A stretch of 64,000 nt of DNA from Tubiluchus corallicola. Taxonomy: Eukaryota > Animalia > Priapulida. Each line of letters opens with the position of its first letter. Positions within the stretch are counted from its first letter, which is position 1. Below the pieces are notes generated by a model. That model was given only the letters and a program-made list of their open reading frames with translations. It ran no database searches and was not told the DNA's origin. The DNA lies in the NCBI GenBank assembly GCA_030141605.1, contig JAQGDQ010002376.1, positions 292,422 to 356,421 on the forward strand, written 5' to 3'. Shown piece by piece: positions 39,558-53,400 of this stretch. The translations under genes were made by a program, and so were the position numbers.

Positions 39558-41269
39558 AACTGCTTACAAGTTTCCTAAAATGTGAAAGCAAAACTTAATA
39601 TTGCTACTGTTTAATTTAAATAAATTTTAAGGAAGCTACCGATTTGCTCGCAAATACGGCTGTCGCGTTTATTAATTCCTAAAGTTTGTTAAACGTTTAC
39701 ACGATACTTGCCAAAAGAAATGATTCCTTTTACACAACAAAAAGAGTTAAATTTATGCATTTAGGGAAGGGGAGATGTAAGTAACTGTTTGAGTCATAGG
39801 AACGAATTCACCAAATTCTACTCACAGTAACTACTCATCAAATTAGTTAAAATCGTCGAAATCGTCATTACATGTACTTTCATCTGTATCATTTAGCTTG
39901 AAAAGCACAGCACATAGTGACTCTAGCATTTATGATTATTTATCATCACCGTGACTCGATTGATTAGTATCGGTTACAGCAACCCATGAGAAACGTTACT
40001 ACACATACGGTGAAATACTTGGAACACGCTTTGAGTTTGTTTTGTTTTTCTGATATGTTAAATCTAACATTGATCCATCCGTAGTCACTCCTTATTAAAC
40101 TGCGGTTTTGGCACATAATGTGAAACTCATGAATCAATTTATACAAGAATTTTCTTCACATTGCACTGTCCAGGTTGGAAATTATAAGTGCGAGAACCTT
40201 GGAGTAGCTGCACATGGCTTAGCTTATCAGTTTGATTTAGAAGCAAGTTGAAGAAACAAGAGTAGGCGGGCAGCAGCAAGTATACTTAATACAGTCACCA
40301 CATTATTGGTAGCATGTGACATCATTTCAGAAGTAAGCTAAAGTGAAACTGTTTATTGTTTACAAAAATCAGAAAATGTTTAGAGGGACTAAACTAAATG
40401 CTCCATTTTATACATGTAAACGTGACCTGGCTGAAGTTTTCATAGACAAATGGACACAGTCTGCGGGGCAGTTCTTCTGGTAGTGTTTTTTTTTTACTTA
40501 AAATGTTTATTCTCAAAATTTTAATGAGAAAAAAGTTTAAATGTTTTCCTCTCATTAGTACTAAAAAAACAACAAAACGCTCCACATCCTAATACTCAAA
40601 GTTACAATACAATTATCTGAGAGCACTATGGCTTCAACTGTGCGAACACTCCCCTCTGTCACATTGGTTACATCTTCCTTGTGATGTAGGCATTACCATT
40701 TACCGTGCTTCCCTGTTGTAGTCAGCTATAATGTTACCTCATTAAGCTGATGAGTTTGTTGCTGTGAAACTTTTTTACTGTTTTCAATAAAATAGTTTAT
40801 TTTAGCTAAATCCGTGCAGTTCTAGTGTTTCTTGTTAATGACTCTACAATTATTACTTGAGCCTTGAGGTAATATTTTTTCCGTGCGCCTGTACATGCTG
40901 CAATTTGTCATTACGTACTGCGTCGTATACGAAAAAGTGGCAGCAGCAGAACGTCAAGCTATAATTGTAGATATCTCTATATACTTTACTGTACGCTATC
41001 TACTGTAACTACTTTATGAACTTTGTATTGGAGATGAATACCCTTTTTGAACTGAAGTGAAAAAATGGAGGTCTCCAGTACAGTGACAACTAACAAAACT
41101 TGTTCAACCCACTCGTATCAAAAATAAATTACAGCAATCACATTATATAAAAACAATAAACCACGTTTTATGAATAGTCGGGTGTGTCTACAATATGTAA
41201 TTAGAAATTACCACATAAAGTCAGTGAAAAGAGCAAAAAAGTGTAAATTAATTTTCAGAACTCCGCTTT

Positions 41270-41465
41270 GCTTTTCGCGGTCACGTGCTAATGTTGTGCG
41301 TAGCCTGCTGCCACCTAACGATTGTATTAAGACTAATTTTTGTACATGTTACCTCCTAGTAGGTGGCCGTACTGACCTTTCGAGCTTTCTGAGCCTTTCT
41401 TATACAAACGACGTGGAAATGAAAAACAAGGGGAAATGATGTTCGTGAATGCTTTTTTCTAGCAA
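41270..41465. promoter_or_regulatory. Compact bidirectional promoter, RanGAP1 (minus) / DNTTIP1 (plus)
   Basis: CpG-richer patch with an E-box GTCACGTG (41280-41287). Minus-strand donors at ~41352 (GTAACA) and ~41376 (GTCAGT) fit a non-coding RanGAP1 exon 1, whose acceptor lies at ~39574. The plus-strand ATG is at 41466. Confidence 0.55.
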
Positions 41466-44400
41466 ATGTCAATTTTTGCGAAACTGACAGGGGAGAGACG
41501 GTCGTAAGTATTAATCTTTGGTTTATAGTTTATAAAAAGAAAAATTGCTTTTGCAAAATACTGTACTGGTCTATACCGTCTTCGGAGAAGAGAACTTTGA
41601 AGATCACGTTTTGTTCATGAATTTAATGTACTCAGGCATTTTTTGATGTAACATCACGCGTCTTCATCTTTGCATTAACTGAGTGGAGCTTTGTGCATGT
41701 CTATGCTGACAATGATGGACAAAGACTTATGTCTGTATATTATTAATGTGTGAAGAGTGATGTAATTTGACGGGTCTGTGTGGAGAACAGATTCGATGCA
41801 GTTTAGTTGAAAAATCCGTTAAATAGTTTTAATTACTGCATATGGGCACTCATTTACAATATTTAACAAATGTTCATTCAAGTGTTAGGCAAAACATGCT
41901 GTCTTTGCTGGGTATTATTGGCATTACCAGTATGACTTATTTATATTAACTAGAAATAATAAATTACATTATAGTTTTTAATTCTTTAGGGAACTTCTAC
42001 GGAATTTGCAAGAATTATCACATTATACAGGTCAACGTCGTTTTCAAGAAGACATGCCAGTTGTGCAACCAGAGTTTTCAGGTCTAGGAATTCCTGGAGC
42101 TCCTGTGGGACCGGGAGCACCCAGGGGACAGGCTCCACCTGGAGGGTATAGTGGTCTGGCTGCTAGGTCATTACCTGACACAGAAAGGTATTTTAAATTA
42201 TGCGATCAACAAATAATGCAATCAATATGCGATCAACAAATAAACTGTTGATCCACATTCACATCTTGCATCAAAGTCTGATCCACAAAATGTTCACGCA
42301 TATGCTTCAAACAACACGAGAAGAGTTGTTTGTCACATTGGAAAATTTTCTCACAAAAACTGAAAAGGAGTTAACAGCGATGTGACTCTAACATTAACCA
42401 AACTTGGGCACTGTAATGGTGCCTGTTTGTTTAAATGTTCAGTGTTATCCTTAAAAGAACAAAGGTCTTTAATTATCGCACCAAAATCAAAATATTTTTG
42501 GTCAGCATCTTCACACGACAATATATCTACTAACTTGAAATTAGATAAGCCAGTATGCTAGACAATGTTGCATAACAACAAGTCTCTTTGATTATAATAA
42601 CGTACACACTCACATAGAAAAACTAAAAAACGTCAACGATATTGTAAAAAAGAGAGTGTAGTAGTCACAGTTTAAGAGTTCATTGTACTTCATGGTACAT
42701 TCGATATATTATGCTCTTGCTTATTCTCTAATTACAGATAATCAATAAACGTAACAGTACTTGTGTCACTTACTGGTAACTAGATACATCGTGATAATCC
42801 TAAACCACAGATGCTATAACCCGTTATGTTCTTGATTTGGTAAACACACCAGTATTGAAAGTTTTCACTTGCATGTTTGAGATGTAATAGTAACAGACTT
42901 ACTTTATTACCTCAGAAAATGTCGCTGGAAAATGAAAAATATAACCACTTGTTGAAGAACACACAAGTACAAACATAACAGCAACTACCACAATGTAATT
43001 AGTGTGTTAATTAAGTTCTGATTAGTTTTGCATTTTGCTTGTGGTATAGGCCTATATCACGGGAGCTGCAAGCACGTTTCTAAAGCACTTGTGGTGTGTT
43101 AGTATAAATTTTATTGTGTCTTTGAAAAATAAATGTATTTCTATGTCATTCTTAATAACAATAAGTTTTGTCTCCTCGTGCTTTTGTTAAAAATCATTTT
43201 TTCAGCTTTTTTGATCTAATATATGAGGACTGTGTAATCAAGACATTTAAAATGTGTTCAGAGAAATGCATCTATTTTTGCCTACGTTTGTTTATGATTC
43301 TTTTTAGGTCTTACATTAGGTTTTAAGTTACAAACTTGTTTTTATTTCTGGCACTGTAGGCAATAATTATCATATGTTTCAACACTGCTGAAACACTGTT
43401 GGTTTTACACAACAAAAATGGTCCTTGATTCGTTAGTTAGTTCTTACTTTTTCACTATTGCAAAATTTTTCATTTTCCTGTTGCAGGGGAAAGAAATTTC
43501 GAAAGTGTATACGTGTGTTTGTACAGTTTTATGTTTATGCATCATTTCGCAGTATCATGTATATGCATCATTTCGTTAAATTTTCTTAATACAATTACAA
43601 CAAGAACAAACAAATCTATAATTAAATTACATTAATTATAAAGTTTAATAAAGTGATTTGAATACATATTAAATTAGTGTTTTTTCTAACTGCTTATAAT
43701 TTAAAATCAATCATTTATACAGCGTTCAGGAAGATTGTCAATATCCTAGAGTCGGGCCTGATGACATGTTACCTGGGCTTGTTTCTGGAAATATCGCACC
43801 TGGTGGGAATGAAGATGAGGAACCTGAGGATGTTGCCATGGTAACAGTTAATATTTTAAATTCTTTAAAAAGATTATTTGTGGTAATTATGCTGAAACTT
43901 TATTATGGCTTTAATGTGAAAATGTAGCTGGTTGAGTTCGGCCACTAAACTATTAACTAATAACAAAAGTGGCATTTTCGTTCACAGGCAATAAGCTTTT
44001 GCGGTGGCTGAGAACACTGCTGAGGTGTTGCATAATGCACCGGGGTGACTATTAGGTGCGCAGTAGACAATAACGCAGAGTACTTTCACGTTACTAATTA
44101 AGTTTGTTTGTTTTTTCCTTCATATATCAGTGCGTCATGTTTTTCCGTTTCGTGCAACAGTGTTATCACGTCTTTTCAATAACACTCTCTTAACCGGCCA
44201 GCCCCTTTAACAAACAGTTTTTGATTCCTTTGTCTTCTACTGTCTAAAACGTTAATTATGTCCAGATCTTGCAAAATGTCCAAAAATGTTTACTTGCATG
44301 TTTTCCCACTGCTGACCTGTTTGAGCATCTATGGTGATTTAACGTGTTTTGGCAGTTTTGTAGCATTTTAAGTAATGCAAATCTTAGTGCTTATCTACCC

Positions 44401-47400
44401 TAATGAATATTCCTGTTGCCTAACATAGCGTGATACTAACCTGTTTAACACCTGAATGTGGCAAGGATGTTCTGAAGTCGAGGAGCCGTGATCGTTGCTA
44501 ATTAGGTGTTACATATTTTCGCACAATAGCGAACACTTGGACTTAGATATGGATACGTTTTCATGTAAAACCCATGTTTGATTTGCTTTGACATCCAGTT
44601 TGTGTAGTGATGTTATCTAAATTGCTCTTAGACAGTTAAAAACATATTCAAACATTTCTTTCTTAGCTTATTTGTATTTTTAGTTTTTATGTGTTTACAT
44701 AATTTGATTATTTTAACAGATTATTCCAGTGAGTATGAGGTTGCAAAACTTACATAATTTTCCTGCATCAGCTATGGCAAACAAGACAAACAGCAGGTCA
44801 CAACTGATGGCTATGCATAGAGCAAAGTAAGATTCTCTTCTTGCCTGGAAATATGATCATTAAAAAGTAACACCTTGCACCTTGAATCCATATTGTATAC
44901 CAAAACTAAATATTTTCTAAAAATATTTTTTTAATAACGTGGTAGAGCTAACCACCAATTATGTCCATTAATATTATTATAATTATTTTGTTGTTGTTGT
45001 TATTATTATTATACATGAAAGTAATGTACCATGTCAGACTGTACACCTTTGTGTTATATTGATTACCATAGATTTTTGTACTTTGTGTGCTCACAGCGAG
45101 ATTGCTAGATTAGTAAAAATTAGCCAACAATGATGTGCCACATCTGATTGCAAATTCTGTGTTCTGTTGTATGGCAAATAGTAGGTGCCATGTTGTACAA
45201 TAGAAAAACTCTTTCGATTGAATACCAAAAACATGCCTTGAGCGACTCGCTTCTGAAGTACTGTTCGACGTGCAGGCTAGCAATTAGGAATGTTCGGGAT
45301 TGGGGTCACTATGGTCACTCGGATTTTTCTTAAACCCCAAATTACTCGTCCTGTCTTGATCCCTATTCCTTATCTCGTTCTATCCCTGTTACTTTTGTGA
45401 TTAAAAATGATAATATTTTTTTCAATTGAATAAATGTTTTTAAATTTAGCTAAAATTTAGTGTAGTGAAGGAAGCGTGTGACAGTTATAACAATGCAAAA
45501 GAAAAGTTGTAAAAGAAAATGGTGATACTGTTTTAATTTCAGTATGATAAACACACAGACCTATCAACTTCAGGAGACAGTATATCTGGAGATTTTTCAA
45601 AAAAAGTAAAAAAAAACTAGAGATTCCTTAAAAAGCTTAAAAGCTCAGCTTCCTGAAGCCATCACTAAGTTAACAACATTATTTATTATCAGTTTAGTGA
45701 TTGTACTAACAATGGCGTTAACTTAGTGACGGCTTTGTGAAACCGGCTCGTGGTTCGCTAATTTGGAACAGCAGAATATAATTGTTTTCCATGCAAAATA
45801 GGCTTACTAAAGAGGCAGTTGGGATGTGGCAGCGCTCTTTTTTAGTTTTATTCACTAAAGTCGAAATTTACCGATCTTTTTGTTTACCTTGAGAAAGCCA
45901 AGGTGTACTATGAAGCCCATAAGAAATGAGTTAAAATCGTGAAACTCACAGTAAAACTGTGAGAGCTGAGATGTTGGAGCATATGACGGCAGTTTCTTCT
46001 TTGTAATGTTATACACTATTATGTGAATGGCACTGCTTCTTATCACTTAACTCATTCATTTACAGATTTGGCTGCGTCACAAGTACAGCAAAGTCGCTTG
46101 ATTTACTACGACAGAATTTGCAGAAGAAAATAAATAAAGACATTGATGAGTTGATACAATCGTACTTAGATGTAAGTTTTATGAACAATCTTTTAATTAG
46201 ATGATAGTGATCTTTTGGAAACTCTCAGAATATGCAAATGTTGTTCTTTGGTGATAGAATAAATTGAAATTCATCTCTTAAGGTCGCCAATAACCTGTTC
46301 AAAATGGAAGTTTGTAAAAATGGCAAAATTTATTATCTTTTTATGTTCATTACATACTCACAAAACTAATGTCGGCAAGTGAAAAACCATGACTATGAAA
46401 CATGTAAATATTAAGAAATTGTTTTAACTCAAGTGATAACTTCAAATTTATAGGCTCATTTATAGGAGGAAAATATACACTGTTATGCACTTTTTGTTTC
46501 TTCTGTAATTTTTGACTATTTGTAATGCATTAAAACCAAACATCATTACAGCACCAAATGAAATTAGATAGCTCTATTCTTCACATCATTCTATGATTAC
46601 CATTTTGAAGATACTGTGAATCTTAACTGCATCTCTCAGTCAGCATTCACTTTTACGCAAAGATGTCTTCAATTTATTTACGCACACCAGTAGATGCTAC
46701 CATGATAACTACAAAACACTTACTTTGTATTTGTAATGAGCTGCGAATTGTTTGCGCTTTAATCTGTGCTATTAGCTTCATTTATCCTTAGCACGCTTTG
46801 TTGGTAAATAACGTAGTCTAAGATTCAGTTTATACCAATCTGTGGCTTTGGATGGGTTTACCTTTTGGTGGCGATATTTTTTTTAAATTTTGTAATTGGC
46901 CACTTATGCCGGGTTGTACATAACATTTTGCTAGGGGTACAAAAACAACAATTATTGCACAGAACAGTTTATTACATCAGAGCATTGTTCAAACAATTGC
47001 TGGTGTGGAATCCTCATACGTCTTGCAATGCCTGCAATCTTGAAAGTTATGATAGAAGCAGTGACATAAATTCTCTGGAATTAGTTTTTTCGATTGAATT
47101 GAATGGCTTGGAAATTCACCGAACCTCTGCCCTGCCAAACACACCAAATGCAGAGGGGTGCTAAGATGATGGAAAGCATGCCTTTGGTCAGTATTCAACA
47201 GATAAGCTTGTGAACCATCTGCAAGATGTGTTGGAAGATCTTGACTTCTTTGAGTCACTGCTCTGATCATACCCTCAAGCTTGCGTTTTGTGCGAGTCTT
47301 GTATAAGGCATCCACTTCAAGTTTTGATGGCAAGATAGACTAGCCATCATTTTGTTCTACTACTCATTATTGGTGTACTCCCCTAGCCGAAGGTCGTGCA

Positions 47401-50400
47401 CCACCCTTTATGAAGGGTAGCACAATATGTAATTCTCACTTCAATTTTCATTTCAGAAATATTTTAATCCATGTATAGAGAATATTAAGAAAAACAATGG
47501 TGATGAATCAGTTTCAGAAGAACACGTGCACACAGTATGCAGACAGATACTCGAGGAGGTATAGATTCCTTTATTCATTGCATTTGGTAGAAGTTGTCAT
47601 TAATGGTGTTCTGTTGGAATGTAATTACTATCTACTCGTAGTTTGCTTAATTACATTTTGGAGTACTTTTTGTTAATATTGCAATGCTTGCTGTGATAGT
47701 TTTGAGATTATGCATTTTCTGTACATTATGAAGTAGGCCCATATTTGTAGATGAAAAACAACACAATTTATTAAAACTTTTACTATACATAGTTAAAATC
47801 ATGCCAACGTTTCGACAAACTACAGCTGTCATCATTAGTGGCAAATTTTACAAACATACAACCAGTTTATATAGGTAGAGCCTATTATGCACTAATTAAG
47901 TAGTTAACAGTAGTTACCTGGCAAATAGGTAATGATTAAGCAGACCTGAAGCAAAGAAATCGATATAGTAACAAATAGCTAAGTATTTGTGCATTAAGAG
48001 AAGGCTTATAAGGGTACACAGATAAACTTCCTTTTATTAATAAGTCCTAGCTATTTGTACTTCTGGTCGCAGTGCTGAAATTATTAAAATCAGCTTTGTG
48101 GCCAGAGGCACAAATATGGTCATAAGTGCTGGACTGAGGAGAATTTTTTAATTTTTTGCCAGTGCTAGACGAAATGCCGAGATACAACAATGTGAAGTAA
48201 AAAAGCTTTAGTAAAGTTATGTTGTTTTTAACTATAAATGTTTTTAAGTGCCCGTTTATTGGCCTTTATAATTGGCCTTTATTTATTTGTAGACATTTTA
48301 TAAGCTATAATAGAAAATTTAAAGAGATAAAACTATGAATTATTTTGTTTGTTGGATGTGTTGTTAGAAAAATCATTAAAATGCATTTCCACCATATATA
48401 GGCTAAACGTCTGTATTCGTCTCCCACACGAGGTAGTACACCATATCCAGATGTATCTGATTCAGAAAGTACTACTGAACTAAGAATGAGTCGAATTATA
48501 AATAAGGTAAGTGTATGGAATATTTTGTACAAAATATAGCATATTAACACTTGCTTTCATGAAGCGTCTCTTGAAAAGCCCTTGTAGAATGTTTGTAATA
48601 TATTAACTTGTGCAACACTGTGAAAATGATAGTCTGAAAACATTTTAATTTATAGCGAAGACCTTCGAGCAACGTGTATCAAATATATCAGTTGTCTAAA
48701 AATTTCATTAGTTTTCAGTCCGCAGATGAATTTTTTTTGGAAATTTAAGATTATAAAGCTGAAAGTCACTAACAGTGTTAGATTATTCCCTTTTATCACA
48801 TATAACTTTTCCAAGCCCCCAAAATGTCCTTCCTTTGACCTCTGTGGCAAGGGATGTCTAATAATAATATGCTTGCGCACTGGCTTTTACGATCGTAGTT
48901 TGATGAGATGCTAAAGCGATATGTTGTTGGTCGCTTTCTGTTGAGTCGTCTAAGACAATTTTGTAAAACTTCTCATTCCTTAGTGGTGACCAAGCAAATA
49001 GTTCACTAATTATTATGAACCTGACCAGCTTGAATGTGACTGATATTGATGCTGACAAGCTCAGTTCAATATTAACTGTAGTATATTTTACTGTTTTTAT
49101 GCTTTTAATGACCATTCTCATTGGGTTAGATGTATGCGTTGTAGCACTGATTATGGTAAAAAATTTTCTCAGAACAGCGGCCAATCTTTTCCTGGCAAAT
49201 TTTGCAATTTCGAGTGCCTTACTTTCTTTGTACAACATTCATATGTTGATAGTGCGGCATTATGTTACCGACTTTAGTGCTCTGCATTGTGCAGTGAATG
49301 GTATTGTTGTGTGTGGACTGCTCACAGAATGCTTGATCATGGAAGTTCTGATGACAATTGATAGATACATCGCTATCATCTATCCTCTACATTATCACCA
49401 TCTCAGTACTAACTTGAATAGCACTATCACTATCTTTGTGTCTTGGATATACTCTTTTTGCATAGGAATAGCATCTTCATCGTGGTTTACCTTTTTGAAT
49501 AATACGGAGGTTAAGGATGTTACAAAATGTGTCATAGCCCGTCAGGTTCACCCCGAATTTTGTCTTTATTTTGCTGCACAATATGCCATAGCATCTTCAG
49601 TCATCTTCTTCATTTATGCAAGTGTATTTAAAGTTGTTCTACAGCATAAAATCCAGTTAGCTAATGCAGTGCCTGATAGTCATCAAAACTATCTGAATTT
49701 AATAGAGCGGATCAAAGCTGCAATATCTGTGTTTGCAACTGTTGGAACATCATTGCTGTGTTTTGCAGCTTTTTTTGCACACTTGGGTATTACCTGTGCT
49801 ACTGAGTTGGAACTTAAATCATTGAAGCAGAGTGCTGACATATTAATAAACATCAGCGCATTGACAAATATTATCCTCTATTTCTGGAAAATAAAGCAGC
49901 TGCGGGAGTTTTTCCTGAAACTATGTGGAAAGCGTCACAACAGCATAGTTGCTACTTCTAGTCAAAATCCGTGCTGATAACAAACTAAGTGATTGACCGT
50001 GAAACAGTGCGTAGCATTGAAAGTGTTCATTTTAACAGTTTAATTATGAAATTTATTAAGTAAAACTTGCAAGCTACTTAAACAAAAATATTTTGTTTCC
50101 CTCTCCCAAATGTATATATGTATATATATATATATTTACATATATGCTTACATATATATTTACAAATATTACATATATGTCTACTGTATAGTAAGTCCTT
50201 GTTTTAATGACTCTTTGTTTATTAATGATTCATTTAACAATAATGACTATTTGCCATCTTTTTCTCCTTCAATGCCGACTTTGCTTACTTTAAGTACTAA
50301 ATTAGCACTAGATTTAAATGAACGTTAATTGTATATGTTTATATTTGCGCACGTGCGCGCATGGGTACTTAACAATGTTGTAATGGATATAGTCCACCTG

Positions 50401-53400
50401 ACTCACTGATAATTATGATGTAATAAATTTCAATGCATTGAAATAGCTGTTTTGCAAGTTTTGCACTTTTATAATAATTTGGAGACATTTGTAATGCATT
50501 TACATTTCACACTTGCGTTGTAAAACGGAAAGCTACTCGGGTACAGTGAATCCTCGCTTAATGATGATGCCCAAAAAAAGTGTTGTTAAGCAAAACATTG
50601 CTAGATGAAACCATGATTTCCCCAAGAAAGAATGTAAAAGCATTGTGTTGGATTCCAGTAGCAAAAATCTCTAGTGCTATGCAAAAGGGTTCAATTCCTG
50701 GCAGGGGAATAACAATCACTGAAAGGATGGGTATATAAAACCATTCAGTTATGTTGCAGGGGAAAACCGATAACACTTGGCTTATAAATTAAACACTTTG
50801 TAGGGTTTATTGCTTACAGCTACACTATAAGTATTTGTTTAATTAAAAAGCTAATCAGTAACTAAGGTGTGAAAACTAAAATGTAACTAAAGTGCAAAAA
50901 ACTAAAAAAATTTATAGACATTTATTTTTTAACAGAATCATCTATAAAGCAGTTAGGTTGTTTAATCAAAGATTTTTCTGAATATATTACAAAAGTATAC
51001 CAGTTGTACACCCAGCTATTAATAATCTACATAAGCAATCGGTGGACACATTAAGTAAGGTATACTGTTATTGTTTGGGCTAGCTAAGGCAGTGGTGATT
51101 ATAATGACTAGCAAGAGAAAATATTAATGTGTATATATTTACGGAAATATATAATAATAGTAATGAAATCTTTATTTTTAATCAACAGTATTTGCCTTTT
51201 TGTCTTTGTAATGTACATTTGTGTTTCGTAGAGCTTGATTAATTGAATTTGGAAACAGATTGCATCCAGCAACTAAAAGTTTAGCTTTATCGACCGTCAA
51301 AAGGTCATTAAAATTAACATACGGGGCTATTAAGACAGTTACTTTACTCGAGTAAGGTAATCTTATAGCATTGTAAATTGGACATATTAGTAAATAATGC
51401 AACACATCTTCAGTTTGCAAATTACATTTGTTATAAATAGTAGCATGTGATAAAGCTGAATTTGTACAAAAGAGTAATTTAAAGCATTTGTGCCCAACCT
51501 TAATGTAGGTTAACTCAGAAGCAAAACGTGCACCTGTAAAATAATAAAATTTCAGGGGAATACAGTAAATTTTAATTAGAACTTTCTTAAAACTTACTGG
51601 CTAAAAATTTATTTTAATTTTCTAATATCAGTAGAAAGCTTATTCCATTTTTCTGTACCAGAAGGGAAAAACCTTGATTGAAAGTAGTTAGAAATACAAA
51701 TAATTAACGATAAATTTTCACTATTACGTAAATTATAGTAGGTTCTATCATAAACAGGTTCTGTAAGTATGGAAGTAAGGTAAGATGATGAAGCTCCTTT
51801 AGCAATTTTATAAAATAAAGACATTTTATGAATGTATCTTCTGTGGTGACGTGGAGTCACAAGAAAGATCTCTCAGCAATTTCTCTCCGCTTGTACCAAA
51901 CACAGCTCCAAACACTACCAATGAAACATGGTACTGAATTTGTTCAACAGCTAGAGCAGTCGCTTCTGTGCAATTGTCCCAAATGCATTCACAATATTCA
52001 AGCAATGGTCTAATATACGATTTGTATAACTTGTCTAAGGACCACCTATCTAAAAGAAGTTAATTTTTTGCAATGGGTCTAAACGTTTAGAAGCTCTAAC
52101 TAAAATAATAGCATATGAACGTTGCAAGTTAAATTACTGGTTAAAATTAAACCCAAGTGTTTATGCTTAATATAATTTCCGATTTTTGTCCCCTGAAGAA
52201 GCAGATCGGGATGAAATGGTGGATGAGTTTTGTGAGAAAAGATAACTAATTCTGTTTTGTCTGCATTAAAGGTAACCAACCATCTCCTAGCCCATTGAGT
52301 AATACAGATCTTAGATCTTGCTGTAATGTGTTACCAGTAGCACTTGGACACTCATCTACATGTTTTATGCATGTATCGTCAGTAAGTAATCGCATATCGG
52401 ACTGAATACCATCAGCTATGTGTCTTTAATGAATATCAAAAAGAGGAGAGGACCTATACACGCACTTTAGATCAGATGCAAAACCATTGATAATTACGGA
52501 TTGTTTCCTTTCTGACAGATATGAACATAACCAAGAAAGTAGTTTTTCAGTGTCTCGTTAGCAGCAACTTTTACAGAGCATCGTTAAGCAAGGGCTTACT
52601 GTACTTTGCAATGTGGAAATTTTCACCAGTGCAGCTACAATTAAATTTTCTTTTGTTAGAACATTCCCAGTTATTTAAAAAGAAGCCACACTTCTGACAC
52701 TGACTCTGATGTCAGCATCTCCATCAGCAGGCACAAAAAGGTGAGTTACATTGCTCTTGTGTTTTTGTCGTCTTTACTTTTATTTGTTTCATTTTTTTGT
52801 TTTTACATGTGGTGTGCACATTCTCAAAAGAGTTAGTTTAATTTGGATTAGTTGTCTGAGTTGTTGGATCATGCACCATGTTATAACACATGGCAGCGAT
52901 GGGCGGTTAATGGATTAATTGAATTAACCCCAAATACAACCATGTATAAATCATATAATTTGTAACTGAACAGTAATTCACTTAATCAACATTAATCGAC
53001 AGCAAACTATACGTGTTACACACCGACTAAAAGCCAGTGTGTTAGTACAAATAAACTCAATTTTTGTGTTTTTTTCTAATTTTTCCCACCTTACACAACG
53101 TCTACACCTTGTGCTAACCACTATGTTGGAAACTTCGTTGGCACGTGATGCATATAGTGACCTATAGAGTAGTTAACAAATGTACATGTCTATGAAATAG
53201 GTTACGAGTACAACAATGGCTGACAGCGATGAAAGCTGTGAAGAAGTTTACAGGCTATATTTCCCTGCAATCATTGATAAATATTGCTAAAACGGTAAAA
53301 AAAGCGTCACCAAAGATTAATCGTGATATCAAATTACAAGAACAAGTTTGTAATCCAACTTCAAAATCACCCATCATTAATGCATGGTTTTCTTCCTGAG

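Noticed and set aside
40714-40848. Mini-LTR with a CTGATGA...GAAA hammerhead-like motif
   Set aside because: Stem II and stems I/III do not pair convincingly, and no TSD or second LTR is visible.
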